Of a stretch of 64,000 bases of DNA, positions 47,274-58,229 are shown piece by piece; within the stretch, counting starts at the first letter, position 1; every line of letters starts with the position of its first letter. The position numbers were made by a program, and so were the translations under genes. The DNA is taken from positions 1 through 64,000 of IMG/VR virus record IMGVR_UViG_3300034060_000856. One strand, 5' to 3'. The notes under the pieces are model-generated. The model searched no databases and was not told the DNA's origin. It saw nothing but the letters and a program-made list of their open reading frames with translations. The stretch comes from a virus.

Positions 47274-48071
47274 ATGAAACTATACGAAAAATTTATTAAC
47301 CCTAGATATATCAAAATGTTCAACCACTTTTTACAAAAAGTTTGTGAACCAAAAATTAAACAAAAATATAATAGGGATGTTAAATTAACTTTATATGGAA
47401 TTTCTATTAAACCAAAAAATTCTAGTTATAATTTGATACCAAAAGATGAATTAACACAATCACAAGGAAAGGTTAGTTTTTTTATTGACTCTAATCCTTC
47501 AAAGTTAACCCCACACAACTTTGTTGAGGGTTTAATCCTTGGTGATGGTAGAACATTTTTAAATTTACAAGATGCAACTTACTATGGGGGCGGGTTTGAT
47601 AAATTCCTAGTTGATGTTCATTTTGACAAAAGACCACTATATCCTTTAGATTATGTTGCTGAAGATCCGATTACTGAAAATAAATTAGAATTTAAAAAAA
47701 ATAATATAAAAACCAAGTTATTAAAAGAAAGTGTAATACTTGAATCTAGATACAATAAAAAAAGCGCTGCAAATTTTCTTTTTAGAAGAGTAACAAAAGA
47801 AAAACTTGACGATGAATTTAAAGACACATACCAATACTATTCTGATAATTGGAGTAAAAGACATAAATACAGATTTGAAAATTTTGACCTATTTAAAAAA
47901 GTGTTTACAACAACTATAATGGATGGTGTACACGGAAGATTGATTGATGGTTTTTTAGAAACAGATGATGAAATTGGTGAACTTTATGATAATGTATTGG
48001 AAATAATAGATGATATTTATGGTAATCGTATAGCAAGACTATGGACTCAAAAAACCGGTGAAAGAGTTTAA
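47274..48071 (+). CDS. two-module protein with C-terminal RR module
   Basis: C-terminus shared with 19691..20458. Confidence 0.8.
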   Translation: MKLYEKFINPRYIKMFNHFLQKVCEPKIKQKYNRDVKLTLYGISIKPKNSSYNLIPKDELTQSQGKVSFFIDSNPSKLTPHNFVEGLILGDGRTFLNLQDATYYGGGFDKFLVDVHFDKRPLYPLDYVAEDPITENKLEFKKNNIKTKLLKESVILESRYNKKSAANFLFRRVTKEKLDDEFKDTYQYYSDNWSKRHKYRFENFDLFKKVFTTTIMDGVHGRLIDGFLETDDEIGELYDNVLEIIDDIYGNRIARLWTQKTGERV

Positions 48072-48084
48072 AAATTAAAGAATA

Positions 48085-49050
48085 TTAAGTTCTAATAACA
48101 TATCTGACACTACTCAAACATTCTATCGAATTTGGGTTACCACCAGCATAAGAAATTGAACTTTGTAGTGATTCTTCAATATCATTTAATTTATCAAAAA
48201 TAGAAACGTCTTTATACGGTACTAATTTTCTGATACCCTCAATTCTATTTGCCTTACCAGATTGTGAAGATGATGCACTACCCCAAAATTCTTTGTACCA
48301 ATGACCGTCTACTTCGTTTTTAAGTTTGTCTCCTGGTGAATCTATGTATCCAGATAACATACCACCAACCATAACCATAGAAGCCCCTAAAACAAGACTT
48401 TTTGTAATATCACAATGTTCTTTTATTGACCCATCAGCAATAATTGGTTTTTTAGCCACCTTAACACACTTCTTAATCATTGATGCTTGCCAACCACGAT
48501 TACCAAATCCAGTTGAGTGATATGTAGTGCAAGCGGATCCCCCACCAATACCACATTTAACGGCGTCACAACCCCAAGACTCCAAATCAGTAACGGCTTC
48601 TGGTGTACAGACATTCCCACCAATTAAAAATACATCTGGCATTTTATTTTTGATGTATTTAACCATTTTTTTCATTTTAATAGAATGACCGTGTGCAATA
48701 TCTACAGTAATAAAGTGTGGTATTAAATCTTCTGATACAAGTTCATCAATTAGTTTATACGAATCGTCATTTACACCAACAGATATTGAAGAAATTAAGT
48801 TATGTTCTTTCATATCTCTCACAAAAGAAACCTCATCAATATTAAATCTGTGTAATATATAAAAATAATCATCTTTTGCCAATTTTTTTGCTAGATTAAT
48901 ATCTATAATACTTTCCATATTTGCTGGAACTATCGGTAGTTTAAACCTATGACCACCAAATACACAAGTTGTATCACAATCACTTCTACTCTCAACACGA
49001 CTAAAGTTTGGTAGTAATGTTATATTATCAAAATCAAATACTTTTTTCAT
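48085..49050 (-). CDS. guaC: GMP reductase
   Basis: SRS.CDT, PIVPANM, DIAHGHS, GNV.T, GIGGGSACTT, IADG, GSAS; no CBS domain. Confidence 0.92.
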   Translation of the reverse strand: MKKVFDFDNITLLPNFSRVESRSDCDTTCVFGGHRFKLPIVPANMESIIDINLAKKLAKDDYFYILHRFNIDEVSFVRDMKEHNLISSISVGVNDDSYKLIDELVSEDLIPHFITVDIAHGHSIKMKKMVKYIKNKMPDVFLIGGNVCTPEAVTDLESWGCDAVKCGIGGGSACTTYHSTGFGNRGWQASMIKKCVKVAKKPIIADGSIKEHCDITKSLVLGASMVMVGGMLSGYIDSPGDKLKNEVDGHWYKEFWGSASSSQSGKANRIEGIRKLVPYKDVSIFDKLNDIEESLQSSISYAGGNPNSIECLSSVRYVIRT

Positions 49051-49456
49051 TCTCGTTATTTTTTTCTATTAGTTTTGTGATTCTATTTTTTCCTTTTTCA
49101 CCAATTGGAATTGGGTTACCCTCTTCGTCAATTCTTACAAATCGTATATTTGTCTTTAAAACAACAACTTGATTCCCGGTATATACATTGTGAGCTCGGG
49201 CTTCCATATATAATGTTGTTGAACTGTTACCTAATACTGCTGGTTCACCATAGATCTTTAGTAACTGACCCTCCTTTGCTGGTTTTTCAAAGTTACATTT
49301 ATCAATAGATACTGTAACCATTCTTGGTGTATCACATAACTGCATGGCATAACCAGCGGCAGAAGCATCAATCCAAGCTAGAAGTTTACCACCAAATAAA
49401 TTTCCGTGAAAACCTAGGTCTGATTTTTTAATTGGGTGTGAATTTAATAATTCCAT
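49034..49456 (-). CDS. hotdog-fold acyl-CoA thioesterase (YciA-like)
   Basis: HGNLFGG.LL.WID, VTVSID...F..P, FV.ID..G.P.P. Confidence 0.9.
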   Translation of the reverse strand: MELLNSHPIKKSDLGFHGNLFGGKLLAWIDASAAGYAMQLCDTPRMVTVSIDKCNFEKPAKEGQLLKIYGEPAVLGNSSTTLYMEARAHNVYTGNQVVVLKTNIRFVRIDEEGNPIPIGEKGKNRITKLIEKNNENEKSI

Positions 49457-49522
49457 TTTTTGTTTTTTTAAAAAAAATACGTAAATTTGAAATTATAGTC
49501 AAATCAACTATTTATTATTATT

Positions 49523-50107
49523 ATGTCAAAGGTGTTGTTAGAAGATTCTAGGTTAAGAAATGTGATCAGAACTATTGTTAAAGATATAATCATCACCTAC
49601 AAAGAAAATGGTGAGGGTGAGTTTTATTTGCCTAAAGGTGATGATGATTCGTATAATTTTCCTGGGTTTGAACACGACATTATAGTACAATTAAATTTAG
49701 TTGAAAATGGTGATATTGATGATTATGTTGCAAACGCTCATCTTTGGCAGGACACCGACATAATTGAAATTGGTCTTGAGTATAATCCGGAAAAAAAATC
49801 AAAAATACTATATGACGTTGTTGGTGAGATGAATGAATTGATTGCTCACGAACTTCGGCATATTTATCAAAGAGAAACCGGTATGTTTAATATTAGTGGT
49901 AAAGAAAAAACTAACCCACTAAAATATTACACTCAACCTCACGAAATTGACGCACAAGTATTTGGTTTTAATAGATTAGCAAAACTATCAAAAAAACCAT
50001 TTGATGTTGTTGTCAATAACTGGTTTGAAAAAAATAAAGAAACACACAGGTTAAACGATAAAGAGATTCAAAAAGTGATAAACTTAATAATGAAACATAA
50101 GAAATGA
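49523..50107 (+). CDS. HExxH zinc-metalloprotease-like protein
   Basis: AHELRH..Q...Y...P.EIDA. Confidence 0.7.
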   Translation: MSKVLLEDSRLRNVIRTIVKDIIITYKENGEGEFYLPKGDDDSYNFPGFEHDIIVQLNLVENGDIDDYVANAHLWQDTDIIEIGLEYNPEKKSKILYDVVGEMNELIAHELRHIYQRETGMFNISGKEKTNPLKYYTQPHEIDAQVFGFNRLAKLSKKPFDVVVNNWFEKNKETHRLNDKEIQKVINLIMKHKK

Positions 50108-50511
50108 AAAATGTACCAGAAAATTATTTGAGTAAAATTAAAACGATGAAAAACGTTATACTAACCACTTCTGGTCTATTATCTGAATATGGTAACTCCA
50201 TTAGTTTAGAACTTGGTGATATTGATTACAACCAAAACGTCAATGACGTTTACGAAATTGTGTTAGAATTAAAATTAACAGATGTTTATTGTCCAGATTG
50301 TGATCACGAGCCCAATATGGTAAGTAATACGATAAATGAAATTATTAAAAAAATATATAAAGGGTGTAATTTTGGTTTGACAGGTGATTTACAATTTAAA
50401 AATTCATTTATGTCAACAAGAGGTGTCTTATTGTACGAAACTAAATTGTGGAGGGATAATTTTGAATATATAGTTTTTGGTATTTTTATTGATCCAGGAC
50501 AAAAATATTAA
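50104..50511 (+). CDS. hypothetical protein
   Basis: coupled ORF. Confidence 0.65.
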   Translation: MKNVPENYLSKIKTMKNVILTTSGLLSEYGNSISLELGDIDYNQNVNDVYEIVLELKLTDVYCPDCDHEPNMVSNTINEIIKKIYKGCNFGLTGDLQFKNSFMSTRGVLLYETKLWRDNFEYIVFGIFIDPGQKY

Positions 50512-51125
50512 TTTCCAAACTTTTTTACAATTCCTTGTAATAGGTTTTTTATCATAGACCCACTTAACGTTACACCAACAAAACCAATTACTCTTTTTAT
50601 CATTTCTTCAATTTCCATAGAAGAATGACCTTGCGAATATTCATATAATTCAGGTATTATTGGTATTATAAAAGTATAGGCCATCATATTTGATATTTTT
50701 GAAACCGGTATTGCTAGACTACCAATAAAAGAAATAAAATAATCTTTTAACTCTGATGCTTTATTTAACATATGGTCAAATTCTTGAATTAAAGATTTTT
50801 CTTTTACCTTATCTAAAACTTTTTTCAGACCTTCTTTATTGGTTGTAAAATACGTTAAAATAACCCCTGTTGAAAGTAATGCTAATTCCGTATTTGTTAA
50901 TTCTGGATAATTACCTTTTATAAATTCAGCTATTGGTCTAACAAATCCGGCGATTGTAACACCCCACGTTGCTAAAAATTCAAGATCTAAACCAATCTGT
51001 TTTTTTGACTCTGAAGAGACGGTTTTAAAAAACTTTTTTAGTGATTGTAATTTATCAACAACATTATTTGTTCTTTCTTCAAATATTATTTTTTTGTATT
51101 GTGATTCTGTCAAAATAAACTTCAT
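50508..51125 (-). CDS. leader + multi-TM membrane protein
   Basis: MKFILTESQYKKIIFEE; several hydrophobic helices. Confidence 0.8.
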   Translation of the reverse strand: MKFILTESQYKKIIFEERTNNVVDKLQSLKKFFKTVSSESKKQIGLDLEFLATWGVTIAGFVRPIAEFIKGNYPELTNTELALLSTGVILTYFTTNKEGLKKVLDKVKEKSLIQEFDHMLNKASELKDYFISFIGSLAIPVSKISNMMAYTFIIPIIPELYEYSQGHSSMEIEEMIKRVIGFVGVTLSGSMIKNLLQGIVKKFGN

Positions 51126-51158
51126 AACAAATAAATATTTCGCTATATTTATATTTGT

Positions 51159-51485
51159 ATGGCAAAGAAAATTAAATATGTAAAAAATGCACCACTAGAG
51201 GTTGGTGACAATGTTGTTTGTATGCATATGGCTGACGACTTTTCAGCTGTGGCAGGAGGAACACCAGGTATTGTACAAACGGTTAGTAATGTTGGTGGAC
51301 AAAATATTTATTACGTTAAATGGCGTAGTGGTTCAAAATTAGCATTATTAGAAGGTGTTGATATGTGGAAAAAAGTTGTTGAAGAAGACGATGACGAAGA
51401 GGGACAAGAAGATTTAGCAGAAGGTATCTTGTTTGTAACAACAAAGAATAATCTGTTAAAAGAAATAAAAAGAAAAAAATATTAA
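51159..51485 (+). CDS. DUF4314-like SH3-fold protein
   Basis: VGD.V...M.DD...GT.G.V...VKW..GS.LAL..G.D. Confidence 0.7.
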   Translation: MAKKIKYVKNAPLEVGDNVVCMHMADDFSAVAGGTPGIVQTVSNVGGQNIYYVKWRSGSKLALLEGVDMWKKVVEEDDDEEGQEDLAEGILFVTTKNNLLKEIKRKKY

Positions 51486-51488
51486 AAT

Positions 51489-52094
51489 ATGAACTCTTAC
51501 TTTTTTAAAATGACAAAAGAAGAAAAACAAAACATTTTAGACTCACATAAAAGTGTCTATGATGGTTTTGCAACACAGTATGGTCAAAATACAAATCAAC
51601 AACCTTTATACGTTCAAGACTTTGCAAACGACAAAAATGGTATTACTGTTAACAACAAAGGAGAAGTAAAAACATATACAAATATGAATATCAATGAACG
51701 TTTTGATAGTAGAGATAAAATTGCTGACGGACCACACGATTTACAAAATGGTACTGTTGATTTTAGAGGTACACCAGATATGTCAGAGGTGAATAGTGAA
51801 TATTTTCACGATTTAAAGTCATCACCAAACGAAGATGAGGTAGAATTTATTTCATTAGGTATTGATGAACCAGAAAGTGAAGAAAGTGAAGAAGAACCAT
51901 TTGACGATTATAACGATTTAAGTATGTATAACCCATATTATGGTAGTGACGATTATGATATAGATGAACCAACTGACAATACTGAAGATGATTATGATGT
52001 ATTTTCAGAATTAGGTGTGGAAGAAAAACCAGAAGTGATTGAGAAAATAAACGAGTCTTTAGATATGTTTAAAAGATTCAAAAGATATAATTAA
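51489..52094 (+). CDS. acidic leader-bearing protein
   Basis: MTKEEK.NIL..H; C-terminal INESLDMFKRF. Confidence 0.75.
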   Translation: MNSYFFKMTKEEKQNILDSHKSVYDGFATQYGQNTNQQPLYVQDFANDKNGITVNNKGEVKTYTNMNINERFDSRDKIADGPHDLQNGTVDFRGTPDMSEVNSEYFHDLKSSPNEDEVEFISLGIDEPESEESEEEPFDDYNDLSMYNPYYGSDDYDIDEPTDNTEDDYDVFSELGVEEKPEVIEKINESLDMFKRFKRYN

Positions 52095-52095
52095 A

Positions 52096-52401
52096 ATGGA
52101 AATACTGGAAATCGTCAATTATTATCTTTACGAAGATACTAAAAGATTAGAGGTTTCTTTTCGTTTAACTTCTGATACGGAAGATGAAATTAGAAATGAT
52201 ATACTCAACCTAGACGAAGCTGAAGAATTTGGATATGAATTGGTCAAAGATACTTTGAGTTTTTTTGACGTATCCGATGAAGAAGAAGATGATGACGATT
52301 TTGAAGATTTTGATACAATAGATGAGGACGTTTTACAAAACTTCCTAAATGAGTATTATGTTGTTTACCCAGATAAATTACCCAAAAGTGAACTAGTATA
52401 A
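52096..52401 (+). CDS. acidic protein
   Basis: coupled ORF. Confidence 0.75.
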   Translation: MEILEIVNYYLYEDTKRLEVSFRLTSDTEDEIRNDILNLDEAEEFGYELVKDTLSFFDVSDEEEDDDDFEDFDTIDEDVLQNFLNEYYVVYPDKLPKSELV

Positions 52402-52646
52402 TGGAATTAGATGTAATATTGGGTTTAATGAGTAAATACACAAGGACACATAAAAATGAACTTGACGAAGAAGGTGAAGGTGCCCCAGAATCTGGTACAT
52501 CAGCACCGGCTGCGGCTAGTGGTTACCCAACAGTTACAAAATGGGAGACAGGTCTTACAAGAAGTGTTGCAAACACAATTGACGATAAAGTTACTTGGAA
52601 GTCTTTAAATAAAATAACGAGAGGAAAAGCAAATACATTATTATGA
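52401..52646 (+). CDS. small protein with a W...TR..AN dyad
   Basis: KWETGLTRSVAN / TW...ITRGKAN. Confidence 0.75.
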   Translation: MELDVILGLMSKYTRTHKNELDEEGEGAPESGTSAPAAASGYPTVTKWETGLTRSVANTIDDKVTWKSLNKITRGKANTLL

Positions 52647-53884
52647 GCAATTTAGATGATGTAATAAAGGATATATTGGGTAATATGTATTATGATGTTA
52701 GTGATACGTTGTCTGAACAAAAATTAGTTAAAGGGGTACAAACACCAGCTCTTACAAATTATTTAAATCAATCTAAAACAAACCCTTTATCGGTAGGAAT
52801 TGATCCACTTGGGATTTTTAATAAACAAAAAACCCCACAACCTTCTGTAGGTGTGTCTAATCAAATTGTTCAGTTTGACACTTGTGTTAGGGGGATGTCA
52901 TTTAGAATTGCCGCTAGAGGTTCAGATTTTGGAATCAAACCAATAACTTGGTTAAATAGAGACGAACCTTATAATCAAGATAAAGCACGTATGTTTTTTG
53001 GTACTGCGTGTAAATTTTGGTCAAAAATTCCAAGCACTAGTCAATTTGTTGAGCCTAGCGATCAATACTTCTTCAACCAGGAAACACTATTACCTTGTCA
53101 GGCAATATACAATAATGAAAGGTATACCGCTTATAATACGACTGATCAAGAAATACAAAAAAATAAAACAAAAAATAGATATAATACTTTTGTGTCAAAT
53201 TTACAAAAAATTGGACAAAAAAAATGGAATGAAATTTTAAAAAAAAGTAATGGACAAATTTTTAAATCTGGTAATGGTTGGTTTGAAGCAAATGGAAAAA
53301 AAATTCCCGCGAGAGAATACACATATGAAAAAAATTGTATAAGAATTACTGAAGATGTCTGTTTGAAATTAAGTTGGCAATCTTTACATTTAAATTCAAA
53401 TGTTGGGATGAAAACATTTGCAACAATAGATAGAAGAAAGGATAAAAACCGCCCAACAAAAATTAATTGGTGTGCTTGCACTGGAAAACAACTATCTTTT
53501 GATAATTTAACTTCAGAAAATAAAGCAGATTATTACGCCACAACTAATTTTAAATATCCTTGGGATTATACATACATTGGGTTTAAAAACTGCGCTGCTG
53601 GCAGTGGCGAATGTTTAATGGAACCACAAAAAATAGTCCCTGTTGATATTCAATTTAAATTACCGGGCAATGAAATAGGCTCTTTAGATTTTCAACAAAA
53701 ACAAAATTTACTTCAAAAAAATGAAGTGCCTATGGAAAATGCTATAAGATATAATTTATATGGTGTACCTTATGATGCTTCAGCTACTTTTGGTAAACAG
53801 CCGACAATTACACCAGAAGAAATTCAAAAAAGACAACAAGCTTTGGCTTTATTCGGTAATGGTGCGATAATACCTGGAACTTAA
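52643..53884 (+). CDS. large hypothetical (probable virion/internal) protein
   Basis: M.YD...TLSEQ leader-like N-terminus. Confidence 0.7.
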   Translation: MSNLDDVIKDILGNMYYDVSDTLSEQKLVKGVQTPALTNYLNQSKTNPLSVGIDPLGIFNKQKTPQPSVGVSNQIVQFDTCVRGMSFRIAARGSDFGIKPITWLNRDEPYNQDKARMFFGTACKFWSKIPSTSQFVEPSDQYFFNQETLLPCQAIYNNERYTAYNTTDQEIQKNKTKNRYNTFVSNLQKIGQKKWNEILKKSNGQIFKSGNGWFEANGKKIPAREYTYEKNCIRITEDVCLKLSWQSLHLNSNVGMKTFATIDRRKDKNRPTKINWCACTGKQLSFDNLTSENKADYYATTNFKYPWDYTYIGFKNCAAGSGECLMEPQKIVPVDIQFKLPGNEIGSLDFQQKQNLLQKNEVPMENAIRYNLYGVPYDASATFGKQPTITPEEIQKRQQALALFGNGAIIPGT

Positions 53885-53889
53885 AAATT

Positions 53890-56109
53890 ATGAAAAAAAT
53901 AGATAACATATTATTTGAAGAACTAAACCGAATTAAAGCCCTTTTAAACGAACAAAGTGTAAAAAGTGATAGACTAGGTACAACAGGACAATTTCAAAGT
54001 TTTGTTCCACAAACACCAAAATTTAAAGGTAAATTAGTTCCATCTTTATCACAAAATGAACAGTATAGATCAAAATTTTTGAAGGATCCTTGTGAACTTT
54101 CTGGTGTTGATGCGTTTTATAGACAAAAAATGGTTGACGTTCCTGGGTACTATTCCGATTTTAAATTAGGGGAATGTTCTGCTGTGGAGTATTTTGGAGG
54201 ACAAGAAACCGCACTAAACACTATGAATATTAATAGAAATATTTACCAAGACGAACAAGGTTATTTTTTTAAAGTAAATACAGAAGGTAGTACTAAAGAA
54301 ACACAATTTGACGTTTCAATATACTTACCGCAAGATGAGTTTTTTAAACAATTACAAGGCAAAGCTAAATCATTTATTACTTTTTCTACGTGTCCTGCGG
54401 CTTGTAAATACAAACAAGGTCAACAATTAAATGATGATGAACAAAGTTCTAGATATGTACTTTTGTATCAATTAGCTGATCCTAGTAAAGCCACAGAAAC
54501 TAGTATTGCAACGCCACAAGGAATACAAACGTTTGGTTTAGAAACTATAGATAGAGGTTGGCAGTTCTCAACCGTAAATGTTTTAGAATCTGGTTATTAC
54601 TCGGTTTCAAATCCAGAACAAATGGCAACTTCAGAAATAAAAGAATATACAAGCACTGATTATGGTGAAAATCAAGCTAGAAGTGAATTTGATATATGGT
54701 ATGATGGTACTGCCGGTACAATAGCTCAAATAGGTATTGCCGTATTATTATCATACGTAACAGCTGGCGCAGCCGCTCCATATCTTGCCGCAATTGAGTC
54801 ACAAGGCGCTAGAATTTTTGCAAATTTAGCTTTGCAAACAACCGTTGAGTTAACCGTTGCAATACCTGAAGCGGTATATCTTTACGGTAGAGGAATGAAC
54901 AGTAATGCGGCCTTTGTGATAATGCTATCATTAATTCCAGTTGTACAAGCAAAAGTATTTAAAGGTGAATTTGCGGATCCGGCAGCATTTGGTTATGTCC
55001 ACGAATTAACAAGAAGATATGGTACTGGTCAGTTTAAAACACCGGCGGATTTAAAAAGATATGTAAATAGTTTAGGAAAAACAGAAAAAGCATCTCTTGA
55101 AAAATTATTAAAAGGGACACAGGATGCTTTAATTGCTAATGGTGGAAAAATGGCACAAGAAGAAGTTGCTGCAGTTATGGGGCTTGTTTTAAAAAATTCA
55201 GATACTGGAATAAATAAAATTGGATTTAGTTTAGGTCGTGTTGGTTATGAACAAATTATAGCACAATATGTACCAACCGCAACTCAAAATTTGATTAAAA
55301 ATGCAACATCTTTATTCGGGACACTTGGGTCAACATTATTGATCCACCCAATTACGGCATACCTAATAAAAGATGCCGATTGGGTCAAAAATCCACAAAA
55401 AATAGATATTGCACAAAAAACTTTAGAAAAGATTTTTAATTCTCAAAAAGATAAAAATAAAGAAAAAGTACAAAAAGAAGTAAAAGGTTTACAGACAAAA
55501 ATAGAAAAAGCAGCATATAATCAAAATAAATCAGAGGTCATCCAACCTATTTACGATTTAATTTTTTATATAGACGATTTATTAAAAATTGCGGAAAATA
55601 AGATAGTACTTGGACAAAGTTTAGAAGTTTTAAAAACCCAGTATAAAAGTGTAATAATTGGTCAATTACTATCGGAAATTGCTAGGGCTATTTATGAAGA
55701 AATGAAAGCTAGTCAAGGGGCTTCTTCTCCGACTGCGAATTATTTAGACCAAAATGGGTTACCGGTATCAACAAAACCTTGGTTTGAGATTCAGATCGAA
55801 ACTTGTAAATCTGAAGAACTTTATAAAATGAAACAACTAAACTTTACAAATATTGATAATCCTAGTGATATTGAAATAAAAAGAGCTTGTTCATTTAGAG
55901 ATTTTATTAGGTCAACATATCCTAGTATGGCTAATTTAAAACATTGTGGTTTTTATGAAGAAGGGGAACAAGTTCCACCACCAAAATGGTTTTATATAAA
56001 AGATTGTGAATTTAAGAAAATTTGGAATGGGGTTGAAACTAAAACCAATAAAAGATATTGTGAATTGTGGCTAGAATCGTTAATTAACAAAAAAAAACAA
56101 AAAGTATAA
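53890..56109 (+). CDS. large probable virion/ejection protein with a hydrophobic region
   Basis: LFEELNRIKALLNEQ leader; Ala-rich TM-like helices. Confidence 0.7.
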   Translation: MKKIDNILFEELNRIKALLNEQSVKSDRLGTTGQFQSFVPQTPKFKGKLVPSLSQNEQYRSKFLKDPCELSGVDAFYRQKMVDVPGYYSDFKLGECSAVEYFGGQETALNTMNINRNIYQDEQGYFFKVNTEGSTKETQFDVSIYLPQDEFFKQLQGKAKSFITFSTCPAACKYKQGQQLNDDEQSSRYVLLYQLADPSKATETSIATPQGIQTFGLETIDRGWQFSTVNVLESGYYSVSNPEQMATSEIKEYTSTDYGENQARSEFDIWYDGTAGTIAQIGIAVLLSYVTAGAAAPYLAAIESQGARIFANLALQTTVELTVAIPEAVYLYGRGMNSNAAFVIMLSLIPVVQAKVFKGEFADPAAFGYVHELTRRYGTGQFKTPADLKRYVNSLGKTEKASLEKLLKGTQDALIANGGKMAQEEVAAVMGLVLKNSDTGINKIGFSLGRVGYEQIIAQYVPTATQNLIKNATSLFGTLGSTLLIHPITAYLIKDADWVKNPQKIDIAQKTLEKIFNSQKDKNKEKVQKEVKGLQTKIEKAAYNQNKSEVIQPIYDLIFYIDDLLKIAENKIVLGQSLEVLKTQYKSVIIGQLLSEIARAIYEEMKASQGASSPTANYLDQNGLPVSTKPWFEIQIETCKSEELYKMKQLNFTNIDNPSDIEIKRACSFRDFIRSTYPSMANLKHCGFYEEGEQVPPPKWFYIKDCEFKKIWNGVETKTNKRYCELWLESLINKKKQKV

Positions 56110-56190
56110 ATCAAAAAACATAAATAAAAAAAAATAGATTTTATTATATTTTTTTTATTTATTTAATATATTTATTAAAAAATGTAAAAT

Positions 56191-58218
56191 ATGAAAAATT
56201 CAAAACTACTCCTTGAGGAGGTTTTTAGAATGCGCGAACTTATGGGGTTTCCCTCAACTGATAAAGTCTTAAATTTATTAAAAGAAAGTGTTGGTGAAGG
56301 AATAAATGATTTTTGGAAATTTTTAGGGAAGGAATTAGCTTCTACTACTGACGAAGCAACAAAACTTACCAACATACAGAAGGCCTACGATGGTTTAGAT
56401 GCTTTAGACAAAAATACGATTGACGAGTTCATAAGAATTAAAAGAGGAGTTAGTGGTAGCTTTACAATCACCGATTTGATGAGTCTTTATAAAACTAAAG
56501 GATTACAACAATTAGTTAATGATATGGCAAATGATCAAGCACGATTACAACAATTACTTATAAAAAACCGTTTTAGCTTTAATATCCGTCCTGGTGAAAA
56601 TATTATTACTTCAACAACAAGACTTTTAAACGATCCAAATATCTCAGATGAGGTAAAAGGAATTTATCAAAAAACACAACAAATGGCAAAAAATCCTAGT
56701 GAAGTAGTTGGTGAATCAGAATTGGAGGCCTATTTAACCCAAATGGTTAAATTTAAAAATTCCCCAGAGTTCAAAAAGTTGAGTTCAGATGTACAAGACG
56801 ATATAAATAAAACGTATGACGAATTGAATGCCATACAAGTTAAGGCTGAAAAAGAAAGAATTGCTTTTGAAGCGTCGATTGAACCTGGTAGGTATGATGA
56901 CGATGTGTTAGCTGATGTTGACACAAATCTTGGTGATGATTTTGAAGCAGAACAAATCATAACAAGAGCTGAAGATGAAGCCGGTGATGCCGCAAGAGGT
57001 GCTGATGAGACTGGTGGTCGAACATATAGTATGCCAGAAGTAGAAGAAGAACGAATTGTAGAACTATCCATAGATGAAATAAGGACTCAAAAATACACCG
57101 GTATGGATGATATGTTATTAAAACAAGAATATGCAGTATTGATTGCAGGTATTAAAGGTAATAAAGTTAAATTCCCATTTGATAAAAACGTCCTAGCTCT
57201 ATTCAAAGAAATGGAACAAAGAGGTTTATTAAAAAATGATGATCTTGTTGGTAATATTTTAGCTAGTAACATCACAATGAACCCTAATGTTATTGCAATG
57301 CAAAAATTATTATCTGAATATGAAATATATAAAAAGAAAATGTTGAAAGACAATGTTAAAATTGTTGGTCCTGATGGTATCCTTAAAGATAGTGCACCAT
57401 TAGATTTTGTTGATTGGGCAATTAAAAATAAAAGAACAATACCAACTAATGTAAATTCACAAACTTTACTAAATAAAACTTCGGAGTATTTAGATTTTGT
57501 TTTTCTATGGCCACTTAGAAGACTCATTGGTAAAAGTACAGAGCAAGGAAGTTTCTCTAGAGCTTTACTTAATTTATTATTAGGATATGGGGGTGGAGCA
57601 TCTCTTGGTTGGGGTTTTTACGCCTCTTTAAAAAGTTATGGTCAAGCTGGAATTAGTTTTTTGGATTCAACACCTATCGCACAAAAACAAGCAATAAAAA
57701 CTGGTTTAAAAACTTACTTTACTTATGATAATCCTCAATTAATTATTAATGGTGAAACAGAGTCTATCTATGGTACAAGTATTGACCAAAGTAGACAAGC
57801 AAACATACAATTTAAAAATGCCACACCAACACCAATTTTTGATTTAGATATTAAACAAAGACAGTTTTCATTGGATCCTGGCATAGTAATAAAGGGTAAA
57901 ACATATAATGCATTTCTTATTAATTTTGGTGAAGGTAATTTTATTACACAAGGTTCAGAAAATTTTGGTAATAAAAATATATTAGTTGCAATAACCCAAT
58001 CAACTAAAACACCTACAACCACAACTCAAAAAGGAACAGAAGCAATTTTTAAAACCTCAAATTTCGCACAAGGTAAAACAATAACAGCATTTGTTTATAA
58101 AGGAATTGTAAATAACAAAGAACAATACGAAGTGAAATTCTATTCAAATACAGATCCTGATAAAAATGTAGTATCAAGAACATATTACTTTGATGGTACT
58201 AATTGGACAAAAAATTAA
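56191..58218 (+). CDS. large probable virion/ejection protein
   Basis: LLEEVFRMRELM...LLKE; TATTTAT upstream; Gly-rich hydrophobic segment. Confidence 0.7.
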   Translation: MKNSKLLLEEVFRMRELMGFPSTDKVLNLLKESVGEGINDFWKFLGKELASTTDEATKLTNIQKAYDGLDALDKNTIDEFIRIKRGVSGSFTITDLMSLYKTKGLQQLVNDMANDQARLQQLLIKNRFSFNIRPGENIITSTTRLLNDPNISDEVKGIYQKTQQMAKNPSEVVGESELEAYLTQMVKFKNSPEFKKLSSDVQDDINKTYDELNAIQVKAEKERIAFEASIEPGRYDDDVLADVDTNLGDDFEAEQIITRAEDEAGDAARGADETGGRTYSMPEVEEERIVELSIDEIRTQKYTGMDDMLLKQEYAVLIAGIKGNKVKFPFDKNVLALFKEMEQRGLLKNDDLVGNILASNITMNPNVIAMQKLLSEYEIYKKKMLKDNVKIVGPDGILKDSAPLDFVDWAIKNKRTIPTNVNSQTLLNKTSEYLDFVFLWPLRRLIGKSTEQGSFSRALLNLLLGYGGGASLGWGFYASLKSYGQAGISFLDSTPIAQKQAIKTGLKTYFTYDNPQLIINGETESIYGTSIDQSRQANIQFKNATPTPIFDLDIKQRQFSLDPGIVIKGKTYNAFLINFGEGNFITQGSENFGNKNILVAITQSTKTPTTTTQKGTEAIFKTSNFAQGKTITAFVYKGIVNNKEQYEVKFYSNTDPDKNVVSRTYYFDGTNWTKN

Positions 58219-58229
58219 TTTAAGTAAAA

